A DNA stretch of 64,000 nt from Monocercomonoides exilis PA203 (Eukaryota > Protista > Preaxostyla), in assembly GCA_001643675.2 (NCBI GenBank), contig LSRY02000023.1:186001-250000 (forward strand). The letters are read 5' to 3'. Below the pieces are notes generated by a model. That model did not search any database. It was not told the origin of the DNA and saw only the letters and a list, made by a program, of their open reading frames with translations. Of the stretch, positions 22,192 to 34,231 are shown piece after piece. A program made the translations under genes and the position numbers. How positions within the stretch are numbered: position 1 is the first letter of the stretch; the number at the start of each line of letters is the position of its first letter.

Positions 22192-24234
22192 GGGTGATTT
22201 TTTTATCCGGACATAATTTTTATTTTTTGATAAAAAAATAAATATTTTGTTATAAATCGCATGTTGAAATTTTCGAAAAAATGCAACATTCAATAGTAAA
22301 TATAATCCCTCAATTCTCTTTTATTAATTCTTCTGGTATTTCTTCGTTCATTAACATCTTCTAAATCATCATCTTTTAAAATTTGGGATTTGGAAATTTT
22401 TCTTTTTTTCGGCTTCTCTTCAGAAAACAAATCTTTTTCAATTTTTCCATCAGTAGAATCATCAATATTCTTCTCCTCTTTCATCTTTTTGTATGCTTTC
22501 CATTCATCCAAAAATGCTTGGTCGGAAATATTTATTCCATGAAAATTGAAACGATGGGATTTTTTTTTTCAGCTGAACTGAAGGAGTGTCAGGTAACTTC
22601 ACCAATACAGAATTGGACTGCCCAGACAACACGCCGCTCTTTTCAAATGCAGAGTGAATTGTTGAAGGAAGCAATGCAGTTTGCAAAGCCTGTGGCAAGG
22701 CATTTGCAACTGCTTTTCGTCTGAGTGCGATCGAAGAGGAAGATGGAACAACATGGTTTGAATTGAAACATCTTTAAAACACAGCAAAAACACCGCAGTC
22801 AAGTGGTTGTGTTAGATGAGTGCTGTGTGGAATAAATGTCACTACGTCAATTGATGTAACTGCAAATTTTTGCCACAGATCTGGCTGTGCTCTTGAAGGA
22901 TGAGAATCCAAGAGAAGCAAGCATCTATCTTCATTCAGATCCAGCAATTTTCTTCTTTGGGCAATTCCAGGTAGTAGTACCTCTTCAGCGTAGCGCGCAA
23001 ATAATGCATCAATCATCCATCCATCATTGTCTGCCCAGGCGTGAAGCTGCGGGCTGAGCAAGACCTTCATTTCTTGTGGCAGTTTTTTGGATGGCCAAAG
23101 AACAAGGCTTGGTAGAGAATAACCATCAGCGGCAACTGCAACCACAAGTGTGGAGTTCGGCATGTTGATTGGTGTTTTGGAAAACCCGACTGGGGCATCT
23201 GACGGATGAACGGCTAGTTGTTTTGTGGTGTCGGAAAGGCGTGAAGAGGATTCGTCGGTGTTGAAGATGAGTGAAGTGGAGTATTTATGAGTGTCATGAA
23301 GTGATTGCAGAAGGGAGAAAAAAGGTTGAAGAGACTGCTTATTGGATACAGATAAACGTTGAATATCAACGTTATGAGGAATGGACGTTTTGAGATCTGG
23401 ATTTCGTTTGACAAAGGAATTTGGTGTTGATTTTGAAATTTTAACTTCTTGATTTTCTTCTTCTCCGCTTCGAATTTTTCTATCAGTTAGCACTGATTCC
23501 ATCTTTAATTATAATCAACAATAAATATTTATTAGAAAGAAATAATAATGCACACAAATCGTTTTGTTTGAGTTGCAGAATAACTAACTCCTGTCATTCT
23601 TTCGATTCTGATGACTCCGGTTATCATTTCTTTGTCTTCTTTGGTGAAAAGCTCTGGTCGACCAACTTTTCCCACAATTCTACCCTTTTCAACGGCAGTT
23701 ACGGCTCTGTTTATCGATGAACGAGAGAATTCATTTAGATTAGCAGCTTTGGTAACACGGCGTTTTCCATCAGCAATTATTGTGGCTATACGTAGTAATC
23801 GATTTTTGATTTGACGATACTGGAAAGATTTCATCAAATCTCCCAATTTAGCCAATCCACTTTCTTTTCTTTGTTTGACAACACTCATACAAATAAAATA
23901 TTGGTTATGATCTTGTTTTTATTTTTTTAAAAAATTTTTATTTTGAAATGAAAAAAAATCAAAAAATTTTTCGATTAAATTCTAACTTAGTCAGCCCCGT
24001 TGCTATTACCTAATCTCTTCAGGGGAGGCACAAATCAGAGATGGAGGAGCAAACCCCCCCATCTTCCCATCCTTCCATCAGAGATTGGGTGTAGTTATTC
24101 AATCTGAAATTCCAATTGCTGACTTTTCCTTATATATCAAAAATATTATAAAATATCCAAAAAGTGGGAAGAAATAATTCATAATTAAAACCTTTGTCCG
24201 GATAAGAAAAAATGTCCGGATAAAAAAACCACCC
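22192..24234 (-). mobile_element. Tc1/mariner-superfamily pogo/Fot1-like DNA transposon, full length, 23-bp TIRs, TA target duplication
   Basis: Left end TA|GGGTGATTTTTTTATCCGGACAT (22192-22214) and right end ATGTCCGGATAAAAAAACCACCC|TA (24212-24234) differ by 1 mismatch. They enclose a DDE_1-type transposase gene. Confidence 0.92.
22290..23888 (-). pseudogene. pogo/Fot1-like DD35D transposase, intron-containing, inactivated by a nonsense codon and a frameshift
   Basis: Exon 1 (23888-23556) is HTH-like, followed by a 53-nt phase-0 intron at 23555-23503. Exon 2 carries NTDES / LLLDSH / QPLD with 35 residues between D2 and D3. An in-frame TAA at 22774-22776 is followed by continued coding (RCFNSN...AFEKSGV), and there is an apparent frameshift in the A-run near 22560. 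Confidence 0.85.
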
Positions 24235-24583
24235 TATTTGACTTTCCTTTTTTGTATTCAATTCTGAAGTTTTTGCATTAAAAATTATATTTCTTTCATA
24301 TATCACATAATTAAAAAGCTTGCGGAATTATATAAACAGCAATTCTCATGTTTCATTTTGAATAGAATCATTAAATTTTTGTCATGTTATCGAAAACAAA
24401 TAAGGCACTATAATTTTGATAAATGAATTTTCTTTCAAAAAAAAGTTATTAATATCCCGCATGAAATTTCACTGGTTTTATATTTATTGCGAAAATACAA
24501 ATGAGTTTGATTTGAACAAAAAATTATTCATATAGGGTTAAAGATCAATAGTAAGTATTTTCGTATTTCTTAACTGCTAATAT

Positions 24584-27500
24584 ATGGAGAAGCCATTGGT
24601 GTATCAACCTCCTGCAAAATTAGCAGAATTAATGCAAAAGAATGATGATAAAGGTTCCGTTGAATATCAACGGTTGCAATGGATGCAACTAAGAAAAGGA
24701 ATTAATGGACTTATTAACAAGGTTAGGCAATTATTAAAATTTTACAAATTTTATTCTTTTTAGGTTAATGTCTCAAATCTAAGGGAAATAGTTAAAATGT
24801 TGTTTACGCAAAATCTGGTTCGAGGAAGAGGTTTGAAAAATGATGAAAGTTATTTTGAAGAAATTTTGAAATTGTAAACACTTATTTTTTTAATAAGGCA
24901 TTTTTTCACGGAGCCTTTTAAAAGCACAGGCAGCTGCTCCCAAATTTACAAATGTTTATGCGGCTGTTGTTGCTGCTGTCAATACTAGACTTCCTGCTGT
25001 TGGGCAGCTGGTTCTTATTCGACTTGTTACAAGTTTTAAAAAATCGTTTGAGCGAAATGATAAACCAGTGTGCCTTGCGACAACCAAGTTTATTGCGCAT
25101 CTAGTGAATCAACTTGTTGCTTCTCCGGTTCTTGCATTGGAAATTATCACGTTGCTGATTACAAAGCCAACAGATAGCTCCATCGAGTTAGGAACAAGCT
25201 TTATGAAAGAAATTGGCAGTCTTCTCACCGAAATTGAGCCAAATGCTGTTGCTAAAATTTTTGATAATTTTCGAGAACTGTTGCACGAAGGAGAGATATC
25301 AGATCGAGTTCAGTTTATGATAGAAAGTCTCATGGCCGTTAGGAAAGAAGGATTCAAAGAATATCCTGCTGTTATTCCAGAATTAAATATTGTGAATTCC
25401 GAAGACCAAATAACTCATGATGACATTCTTCTTGATTCTCCAAATTTAGATCCCCATTCAGAATTAGGTTTGTATTATTTTTTTTTCGACTCCAAATAAA
25501 CTTCTCTTTTCTCTGAATTTTTTAAAAATGAATTTATTGCAATCAACCGAATTTTGATATGATGATTATTTATCCTTATCGCTCCATTTCTCGAACAATA
25601 ATACTGTCTCATCAGACGTGTTTCGCTATGAGCAGAATTTTTTGCAGAACAACGCGAAATATGAGCAAATAAAGAGACGTATTCTGGACGGTGCGGAATT
25701 AGAATCTGAAAGTGGGATGAGCGAAGACGATTCAGACAACGAAAGTGATGAAGAAGCTGACGATGAAGAAGAAGAAGGAGCAGGAAGTGAAGGAGGAAGA
25801 AGAATTGGAGGTGCTTCGAAGACAGGGGGACTCAGCGATTCCAAGCTGGCTACAGAAGTTGAAAGCGCAGAAGAAACCGAGCAGAAGAAAGTTGAATTCC
25901 GCAAGCAGCTTTATCTTCGTATTATGTCATCTGTCACTGCAGACGAGTGCACACACAACATCCTCTCACTTGGTGTGGCAGAAGGAATGGAGATGGAGGT
26001 GGTTCTGATGCTAATTGAATGCTGTGCGCAAGAAAGGACATACAACTCTCTTTTCCACACTGTTGCGCAGAAGCTGTGCTTGTTGGATAGAGTGTACCAG
26101 GAAGCGTTGGATGAATGCTTTGCGCTGCAGTATGGCAATGTGGAGACAGGGCAGCAAGGATTGATTGCGCGCGCAGACACAAAGAAGATCCAGAAGATTG
26201 CAATGTTCTTTGGGAACTTGCTTGCGCTGAATGCGCTTCCATGGTCTGTGTTGGAGTATGTGAAGCTGAGCGAGGCAGACACGACGCCTTCCACCAGAAT
26301 TTTCCTAAAGTACATGTTTCAGACAATGCGATCAGAGATGGGACTGGCAAAACTGCGGAAGCGTCTGGACGATGAAACCATGGCGCAGTTTTTCGTTGGC
26401 CTGTTTCCGATGGACAATCCACGCTCTGAGCGCTTTGCCATTCGGTTCTTCGAGTCTATTGGGCTGCGCCCGCTGAGCCACAAACTGGAGCAGCATCTTC
26501 AGGAGGCAGCGCAGCGGCTGATCAGCGGAGAGGGAAAGGGAGAAGGGGAGAGCGATAGCGATAGCAGCAGCAGCGGAAGTGACAGCAGCGATGAGAGCAG
26601 TAGTGGAAGCACAAGCAGCAGCGGGAGTGGGAGTGGGAGTGGAAGTGATAGTGAGAGTGGAAGTGGGAGTGAAAGCTCAAGTGGCAGTTCTTCGGGCAGC
26701 TGGAGCTCAAGCTACAGCTCCAGTGGAAGTACAACAGGAAGCTCGACTGGGAGCTCGACTGGAAGTGAGAGTGAGAGTGAGAGTGAGAGCACTTCAAGTG
26801 GAACAAGCAGTTCTGAGGGGAGAAGCAGACACAGAGGGAAAAAAGGCAGAAGAAGCGTGTCTAAAGGCAGCTCTGCTTCAGAATCGGATCGGGAAGAGAT
26901 GAAAAGAAGGAAAATGAAAGAAAAAATGATGGAACGAAGGAAGATGTTGGAAAAGAAGAAGCAAAGTGAAGAATTGAAAAAGTCTGGAGCAGAAAAAAGC
27001 ACTAAAAGCACTCACAAAAGAAGTCATGGGAAAAGTGAGAGCGAAAGTGAAAGCGGAAGTGGAAGCGACAGCAGGAGTGGAAGTGAAAGCAGAAGCAGAA
27101 GCAGAAGCAGAAGTCGAAGAAACAGGAATAGAAGAAGCAGAAGCGAGAGTGAGAGTGAGAGTGAGAGCGATAGCAGAAGTGAAACAGATAGTGAGTCGAG
27201 TGATGCATACAGACGGAAGAAGAAGAGGATAACTTCAAGAAAAGAGAGTGAGAGAAGGAGCAGAAGCAGAGGAGAAAGCAGTGAAAGCGAAAGAGAGAGT
27301 AAAAAGAGAAGATTAATAAGGAGTGGGAATGATAAGAAGAAAGAGGAAGAAAGAAAATCAATGAAAGAGAAAGAGAAAGAGAAGGAGAAAGAGAAAGAAA
27401 GAGGAAGAGAAGGAGAAAGACAGAAGGAAAGAGATTATGAAAGAGGGAACAAAACGGAAAAGGAAAAGGAAAAGGGCAAAAAAGACGAGGATAACAGAAA

Positions 27501-27942
27501 AGCAAAGGAAACGGAAACAGAAAGTGAAAGCGAAAGAGAAAAAGATAAGGAAAGAGAGGAAATGAAAAAGAGGAGGAATGAAAGAGATAGAGAAGAAGGG
27601 CACAGAAACGAAGAGAAAGAGAAAAGGGCTGAGGGAGAAAGAGAAAGAGAAAAGGAAAAGGAAAAGGAAAGATACAGAGACAGAGAAAGAGAAAGAGAAA
27701 GGGATAGGGATAGAAAGAGAGAAAATGAAAAAGATAAGGAAAAGAAGACTATGGATGATCATGAAACAAGAAACGAGAAAGAGAAAGAAAAGGGAAGAGA
27801 CAGAGAAAGAGACAGAGACAGAGATAGAAATAGAGATAGAGAAAGAGAAAGAGAAAGAGGAGATGCAAAAGAAAAATCGAGAAGCGAAGGGAAAAGCAGT
27901 CACAGTTCATACGAAAGAGAGCATAGAGATCGAAAGATTTGA
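24584..27942 (+). CDS. CWC22: Pre-mRNA splicing factor CWC22 (MIF4G + MA3 domains) with Ser/Gly and RS/RE/RD-rich tail; multi-exon
   Basis: Motifs VYQPPAKL, EYQRLQW..LRKGINGLINKVN, KFIAHLVNQ, RVQFMIESL, CCAQERTY and FAIRFFESIGL. Short introns, e.g. 24722-24763. Confidence 0.93.
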
Positions 27943-28682
27943 TTTTAAGGAAAGAAAAACATGATCTTTTAAGATTTTCTATTGCATAAAAATTTCTGAA
28001 AGGCAAAAGTTTCAATGAAGCAGGCAGATTTTAAAGTGATTTTCTTCCGGAAACAGAAAGTATTTAAGAATATAATGACAATAAAAATAATTAGTTGTTG
28101 TTAGTAAGTGTTTAAGTAATTTTTGAAATAACAAAAACTTGTTGCATTTGAACTGCTTTTCTGTAACGATTTTTTACAAAGCTTTATTTTTGAAACTCAT
28201 TTCACTGCACATTTCATTCAATTTCTTTTTTATTTTAAAAATAAAAAAAATTTTTTTGCAATCTTCTTGCCAATATCATGATTTATTTTTTTCATAATGC
28301 TCAGTGAGAAATTACAAAATGTGAAGCTTTTTCAACGTGAATGTTATTATTAATGAAATTGAAACTTTGTCATAATTGATTATGAATGTTTCTGAATCAC
28401 GTTCAACTTTTTCATAAGTTCTTTTGAACAACCTACTGAAAGGAGAAAAAATGCAATTAAGGAAAATACTTAATCAAAACTTCTTTCTTCGTCTCACTTT
28501 TGAGAAGTTATTTTATTATTCTTAATTTTATTTATTTATTTATTTTATATTGTTTTCAAAAAGCAGGGAAAAAAATTATTCGGAAACAGCTATTTCTGAA
28601 AACGACAAATCATAAAAAAATAATCTATGGGTTAGAAAAAATATTTTTCCATTGAATCTGGGAAAGTAATTTTTGATATTTG

Positions 28683-29814
28683 ATGAAAGAAAATGAATTA
28701 GAACGGCAATTTATTGTAGAAGGTGCCAATGCAGTTTTGGAGAATAATTTCTCAAATGTGGAAGAAGAAAGCAAAACACAAAATAATTATCCAAATTCTG
28801 TTTCAACTGAAAGGCCCAAAAAACGAAGAAAAAGGCGTCGCCATTTCGATTCAGAAGGCGATGTGGAAATTCATGCAGGAACATTAGCGTCAATCATTGT
28901 GCCAGTCAGTGTGGAAATTCTTACTAATTAATTTCTCAATTTCATATTCACTTCTAAAGGCATTACATTAATTGGAGTAATATTTGTAATTTTATCAATT
29001 GGAACAAATGGTGAATCATATATTTCATTATTTATAACACCAAGTTCTTCTCCGTGTGATTTCGGATAAAATTTATTAATTCCTTATATTTTATTTTCAC
29101 GGAACTCATTTGTTTTAGTCCCGATGGTTATTGTATACCTTTTGGACCAAAAGCAACTGGAAAGCCACCTCCCCCCGAAGATGAAGAAAAGAATAAAAAA
29201 ATAATTATCATTTCAATTATTGTTGCTGCAGTATTTGTTGTCATGATGGTTGCAGTGACATTTTTCATCCTTTGTTGCTACATGAAAGGTTTTACGAAAT
29301 TTATATATGGATGGTTAGTAATTGCAACCGTCATTCTGTTGGGACTTTTTGGTGGTACTATTATGTAGTATGTTTCAGTTTTTTGATATCATGAATGTAT
29401 ACCATTGATTTAATTATGTTTCATAAAACTTCATTAAAAATTCTATGCTGACATAAAATTAAAACTTCATTTTCTTCTTAGCAATCTTGTTATTCGATAT
29501 TCAATTCCTATTGATTGGTTCACATTCTTCTTCTTCTGCCTAAACTTTTCAGTTGCAGGGGTTATTTCTGTGTACATAACATCTCCTCTCTCAATCCAGC
29601 AAGGAATTCTTGTGTTCATTTCCATCTTTATGGCTTGGGCATTGACAAATCTTCCTGAATGGACAACTTGGATCTTGCTTGTCTTGGTGGCTGGTTTGCT
29701 CTTGGAGATGGGAATTTTGTGGTGCTTGAAGAAGATTTTTAATAGAAATCTATTGTTGATTAAAGAGTTTTTTCTTTCAACTTTTCCAAAAAAATTTTTT
29801 TTCAAGCAACATAC

Positions 29815-29849
<35 letters not shown>

Positions 29850-31012
29850 TATCGTATCAATATGATGGCAATACAACAGTGTATGATCTATTTGCTGTGC
29901 TGTGTCCGTGCTGTGCGCTGAACAAGCTGATTGAAATAGCAGACGAGAGAAACGAGCCAATACCTGGCCTGATCTACACAGCAGAGATGGGAGAAGAAAG
30001 GAAAGAGCGCATCAGAGGCGAAGGGAAAACAGAGAAGAAGAAGAAGAAGAAAGAAGAAAAAGGGAAAGAGCAGAAGAATAATAAAAATGATCAAAAAGAA
30101 ATTGAACCCGGGCAGGAAGAAACGCAACCGCTTCTGTCTTCGATTGGGATGAGGGACATTGGCAATGAAAATGAAGGGGTAGAAGAAAGAGGGAAAGGGA
30201 AAGAGAGAGAGAGTATTGTTACTGAAAATGCAAAAGAAAAAAACAAAGCAGTTGAAGCAAAGAAAGAGACAAGACGCGAAAAGAAAAATGACAAAATGAA
30301 AAGAACAGAACAAGAAGACATAATGAAGGAAAAGACGAGTAAGTCTGGGGCATTTCAGAGAGAAGAGAAGCAGAAGGAAAGTGAACGTAATAGCAACAAC
30401 GAAGCAAAGCTTTCCGAAAAGACTCAAAGAGGATCTTCAGAGAAGAGAGAAGGAGATGACGAAGATGCAACTTATATGGGTTTGTGGAAATACAAAATAA
30501 ATTTTTTTGGATAATTTTTGAAAATATTTTTCTTATTAATATTTTGGAATTATTTGGTTTTTAATCGCCGCTCACATTTATATTTAACTGTCTTCACCTG
30601 ATTATTTGTATTTATCAATAATGCTTCCTTTATCAGATGGAACATTGAGCCTTGGGCTTGGCGACTTCATATTCTACTCACTTCTCGTTTCCAGAGCTGT
30701 TCTCACCGACTGGAACACAACATTTGCGTGCTATTTTTCTATTCTATTTGTGTGCTAAAGCTGCTTTTCGTGTTATTTGCAAATAATAATATTTCGTTTT
30801 TTGATATCTCCATACTTTTTTTTTTTCAATATTTTTTATCAAATTTTCCTTTTTAGGGATTATCAATGACTGTTGTGCTTCTGGCTTTGTGGAGAAACGC
30901 TCTTCCTGCTCTTCCCATATCGATTTTCACTGGCACAGCAATCTACTTCGTTTCTCGCTTTCTTATTCATCCTTTTTCTTGTAATCAAGTATACTTAGGG
31001 TTGACTCTCTGA
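28683..31012 (+). CDS. PSEN: Presenilin (gamma-secretase catalytic GxGD aspartyl protease); multi-exon
   Basis: IIVPV, LPEWTTW..L, catalytic [10 protein letters not shown], a large hydrophilic loop, [10 protein letters not shown] and LPALPIS (PAL motif). Stop TGA at 31010-31012. Confidence 0.93.
29815..29849 (+). repeat. (TAT)n microsatellite inside presenilin intron 29694-29879
   Basis: About 11 perfect TAT units are directly visible. Confidence 0.9.
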
Positions 31013-31316
31013 ACATTTCATCAAATTTTTCTGTTCTTTTTGAGAAAATTTAGCTATTTTGTATTATTGTATGTGTTACATATAATTATGAGTTTGAAAT
31101 TTTGCATTTCTTTTAGTTTTATGTTTTGTTTTTCTATTTTTAAGGATATTTTTGTTGAACTTATAAATTTTTATCAAACAAAAACTTGCAAAAAGAGAAA
31201 ATCAAATATTATTGTTTTGAAAAACATTAGCAATCAATTTTCGTTTCGAGGGAAATTTTTTCAAAATTCATTTTCAGTATTATCAACAGTTTAACCCATT
31301 AAATCTCAACTTGAAA

Positions 31317-31632
31317 ATGTCGAAAAGAATCTTTATTGAAGCTTGTGCTTCAGTTTGGGAAATAATATTTTCACTTTTTTTATAAACTTCACTTTGTTAT
31401 TATTCGTTTTATCCCATTTAAGTGACAATCAGCGAGCCATATATTCCGTGCTGAAGCCGAAATAAAAAACAATTTACCAGAATTAGAAATTGTTCAAAAG
31501 CCTGGGCTAGCAAGATCTGGTGCTTTTGAGATCACAACTGAAGACGGGAAAGTCGTTTTCAGCAAGCTCGAAGCTGGGCGCTATCCCAGAGCAGGCGAAC
31601 TTGCGGAAAAACTCCAATCTTTGAAGGATTAA
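31317..31632 (+). CDS. Rdx-family (SelW/SelT/SelH-like) selenoprotein, 81 aa, CxxU motif
   Basis: Exon 1 (31317-31352) encodes MSKRIFIEACAS, followed by intron 31353-31422 (GTTTG..AAG). Exon 2 begins with TGA (31423-31425) and continues QSASHIFRAEAEIKNNLPELEIVQKPGLARSGAFEITTEDGKVVFSKLEAGRYPRAGELAEKLQSLKD*. The Rdx signature G.FEI...G..vFSKL..G.[FY]P is present and a SECIS lies downstream. Confidence 0.9.
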
Positions 31633-31682
31633 AGTTGGAGCAAATGTAACAATACATTTGCAATTTATGCCAATTTCCCCTG

Positions 31683-31755
31683 AAAAGAGATTTTTCATGA
31701 CTCGATTTGCGTAAAGCGTAAGGCCCGCAATTTGACGAATTTTTGAGTCTTTTTT
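31683..31755 (+). promoter_or_regulatory. Eukaryotic SECIS element (type II-like) in the selenoprotein 3' UTR
   Basis: Helix I pairs AAAAGAGAUU with AGUCUUUUUU. The core is AUGA (31697-31700) with GA (31737-31738). Helix II pairs UCGAUUUGCG with CGCAAUUUGA. There is an unpaired AAA (31713-31715) and a GC/GC apical mini-stem. Confidence 0.88.
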
Positions 31756-31862
31756 TGGCATTTTGGCATTTGTGCAAATTCATCATCGTCTTAATTTTTA
31801 ATCGTGCCTAATACTATTTTTTCTTTGTTAATAAAATAATATGTAATTTTTTTTGTTGCTTG

Positions 31863-33939
31863 TTATAGTTCATTTTTGTGAAGTTGTATTCGTTTTTCTT
31901 TCATAATCTTTTCAAACCAAGGTGGCATATGAGAAACTGCCCTAAAGCAAAAGAAACATAAGTCTCCTTTTTTATCATCGTGTAAACCTTCTTTTGGAAC
32001 TTTTGATTGTATTTCTTCAGGACTGAAAAACCATGATGTTGAGGTAATTTTCTGATTTGGACTAAGAAAGAATATGGAGAGGAAATATATAAAAAATGTT
32101 GTAAAAGGAAAGAAATTCTAATAATATTTAAAAAGATACCTCCCGCAAATGGAGCAACGAGAATTCTTCTCCGATGTTTGCTGAGTTTCCACAGTTATTT
32201 TTTTCTCAATTGAAAGGAGGATATCTGATGTTTGGCCGAAGCCTTCTTTCCTAAGATCATTAAACAGATCACTTATTGATGAAGAAAACAATTCTTGCTT
32301 TGTGGGAGGTTGGGTAGAAGGAGCAAAAGTTGTTGTAGAAGCAGAGGAAGTTGATGATAAAGAAGATGAAGGCACAGTGCTTGAAGAAGCAGAAGCTGAA
32401 TCTGACGCTGCAACAGATGCAGACGTTGATGATGCAGCTGTAGAACCACTCTTCTCTTCGAAGACTTGAGAATATTTCAACAGATTAGGATGCTGCGCGA
32501 ACAGCAGCTTATCGTCTTCCTCTTGAAATGGATCTCTCTCTGAATGCTCACAAGCACTGTCTTTTTGGCAGTTCACATCCGATTTTGCATCTTTTCGCTC
32601 ATCCTCTGCAAAATCCATTGTTCCAAACAAAAACTCTTCCGATGCTTCTGATTGAACACAGCCACTTTCTTCATGAGGCTTCTCCTCACAGGAGTTTTGA
32701 CTCAGCTGAGCTTCATCATTTTTCTGCTTGGAATTTGCCATTTCGTTCTTCTTCATCTTCTTCTTTTTCTTTGATAACTCCTCAATCGGAACAAATGATC
32801 TCTGATGAAGATAAAAGCAAAGCTCATGTGTTTGAATTCTTTCAAATGGAAACAGAAACTTGACAGGAAAAGATTGCTTCTTTTCTTCAGATGAAGTTTT
32901 CGAAGTAGAATACACAGCCGAAGAAGCAGAAGAAGCAGTAGAAGCAGAAGAAGGAATTGAATCAGAGCACGATTGAGAAATGGCTGTTGAAGAGCTCTTC
33001 TCTTTGCTATCCTTTCTTTTCACCCGCTTTGTCATTTCCTGATGCTCTTCATCTGCATCTGAGCCAAGTGCTCCTATCGGCTGGCCGAGGCACACTCTTT
33101 GGATCATCTCGAAAGTGTGAGCATTCTCATCCTGTGGATGGATTACAAACGGGATCCTGAAGTTGCAAATATAAACAGTCAAAAAAAAAAAAAAGTGCTT
33201 TAATGCAAAGGATTAAATAAACGGAATTCACACTGTTTTTTGAAGGCAAATTCTTCAATCATTGTTTTTACTACCAAAGAGTAAATAGAACTACGTTGAA
33301 CCATTGATTTGATGCTTGACACAAATTCGTTTTCATAGTCATTCTCTATCTCAGATCCGTCACTATCTACAGAATTTGAATCCGAGAAAAACTGCTGCAA
33401 TGTTATTGTATGAATTGGAATTTCGCAATTCTTGTTAAGTTCTTCCAAAAATAACTCTGATGAACGAAGATCAATTGGATTGTTTAGATGATCAAATGGT
33501 AGTGTTGTTATATTTAAAATTTCAGGAGTAAACGATATCCTTTTTTGATAAAGAGTTGATTTTGCTTCCACACACAAATGAACAAGAGCTCTGATTTTTC
33601 AAAAAAGCACAAAAAGAGGATTATAAAAATCTACCTGCTTGGATTTTTGAAAAAATTAAAAAAATGTACCTTGATGATATTGAATTATCAAAAATTACTA
33701 AAGCTCTATTTGTTCGAGCAAATTTTCTTGAAAGAGATGTATTCGTTCGGAACAAATGTCTAATTCGATTAAAAAAACATTCCCTAATTCCAAAAAACAA
33801 TGAGTTTTAATTTTTAGCGCTTGAAAATTTTTTATGCATACCGGCAGGCATTATCTCTCTCTCTTATATGAATAACAGCTGGCTTTGAATGGCACAAATA
33901 GCAAAGTTCACCACTATTTGGAATATAATCTGGATTCAT
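31863..33939 (-). CDS. CTU2: Cytoplasmic tRNA 2-thiolation protein 2 (CTU2/Ncs2)-like; multi-exon
   Basis: Spliced N-terminus CYLC...CRECFFNRIRHLFR and a degenerate PP-loop LVIFDNSISS. Further motifs RVCLGQ, FPFERIQTHELCFY, SISDLFNDL...FGQT, CSICG and C-terminal LCFFC follow the CTU2 motif order. Confidence 0.7.
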
Positions 33940-34231
33940 GCAATAATGCTGAAGTGCAAGAAAATTAAAAACTTTTTATTTTTATGACAAAATTACAAAA
34001 AAATGAGTGAGATAATTATAAATGTGGGACAATTTCAATTATGAATTTGTTTTGAAATGAGTGGTTATTGTTTTATTTTTATAAATTGAAACACAAAAAA
34101 TTAATGATAATAATCACAACGTTCAACCCATTTGAAGTAAAATTGATAAAAACAAATTAAATTATCAATCTTTTTTTAGAAATTAAAATCTTTCATCTGT
34201 GGAAATTATCAATAAAGCTTGTCCTTTGCGT

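Noticed and set aside
22774-22776. In-frame TAA in the transposase as evidence of a TAR=Gln genetic code, as in some oxymonads and diplomonads
   Set aside because: Conserved genes here end in TAA/TAG and multi-kb ORFs contain no internal TAR. The position expects Lys (AAA), so a nonsense mutation is the simpler explanation.
26540-27900. Regular purine-rich repeats as a CRISPR-like or satellite array
   Set aside because: They are in-frame SE/RS/RD/KE dipeptide codon repeats of the CWC22 tail, with no repeat-spacer structure.
29816-29860. Poly-Tyr stretch in ORF 29570-30514 as part of presenilin
   Set aside because: It is an intronic microsatellite; splicing restores the canonical AVYDL motif.
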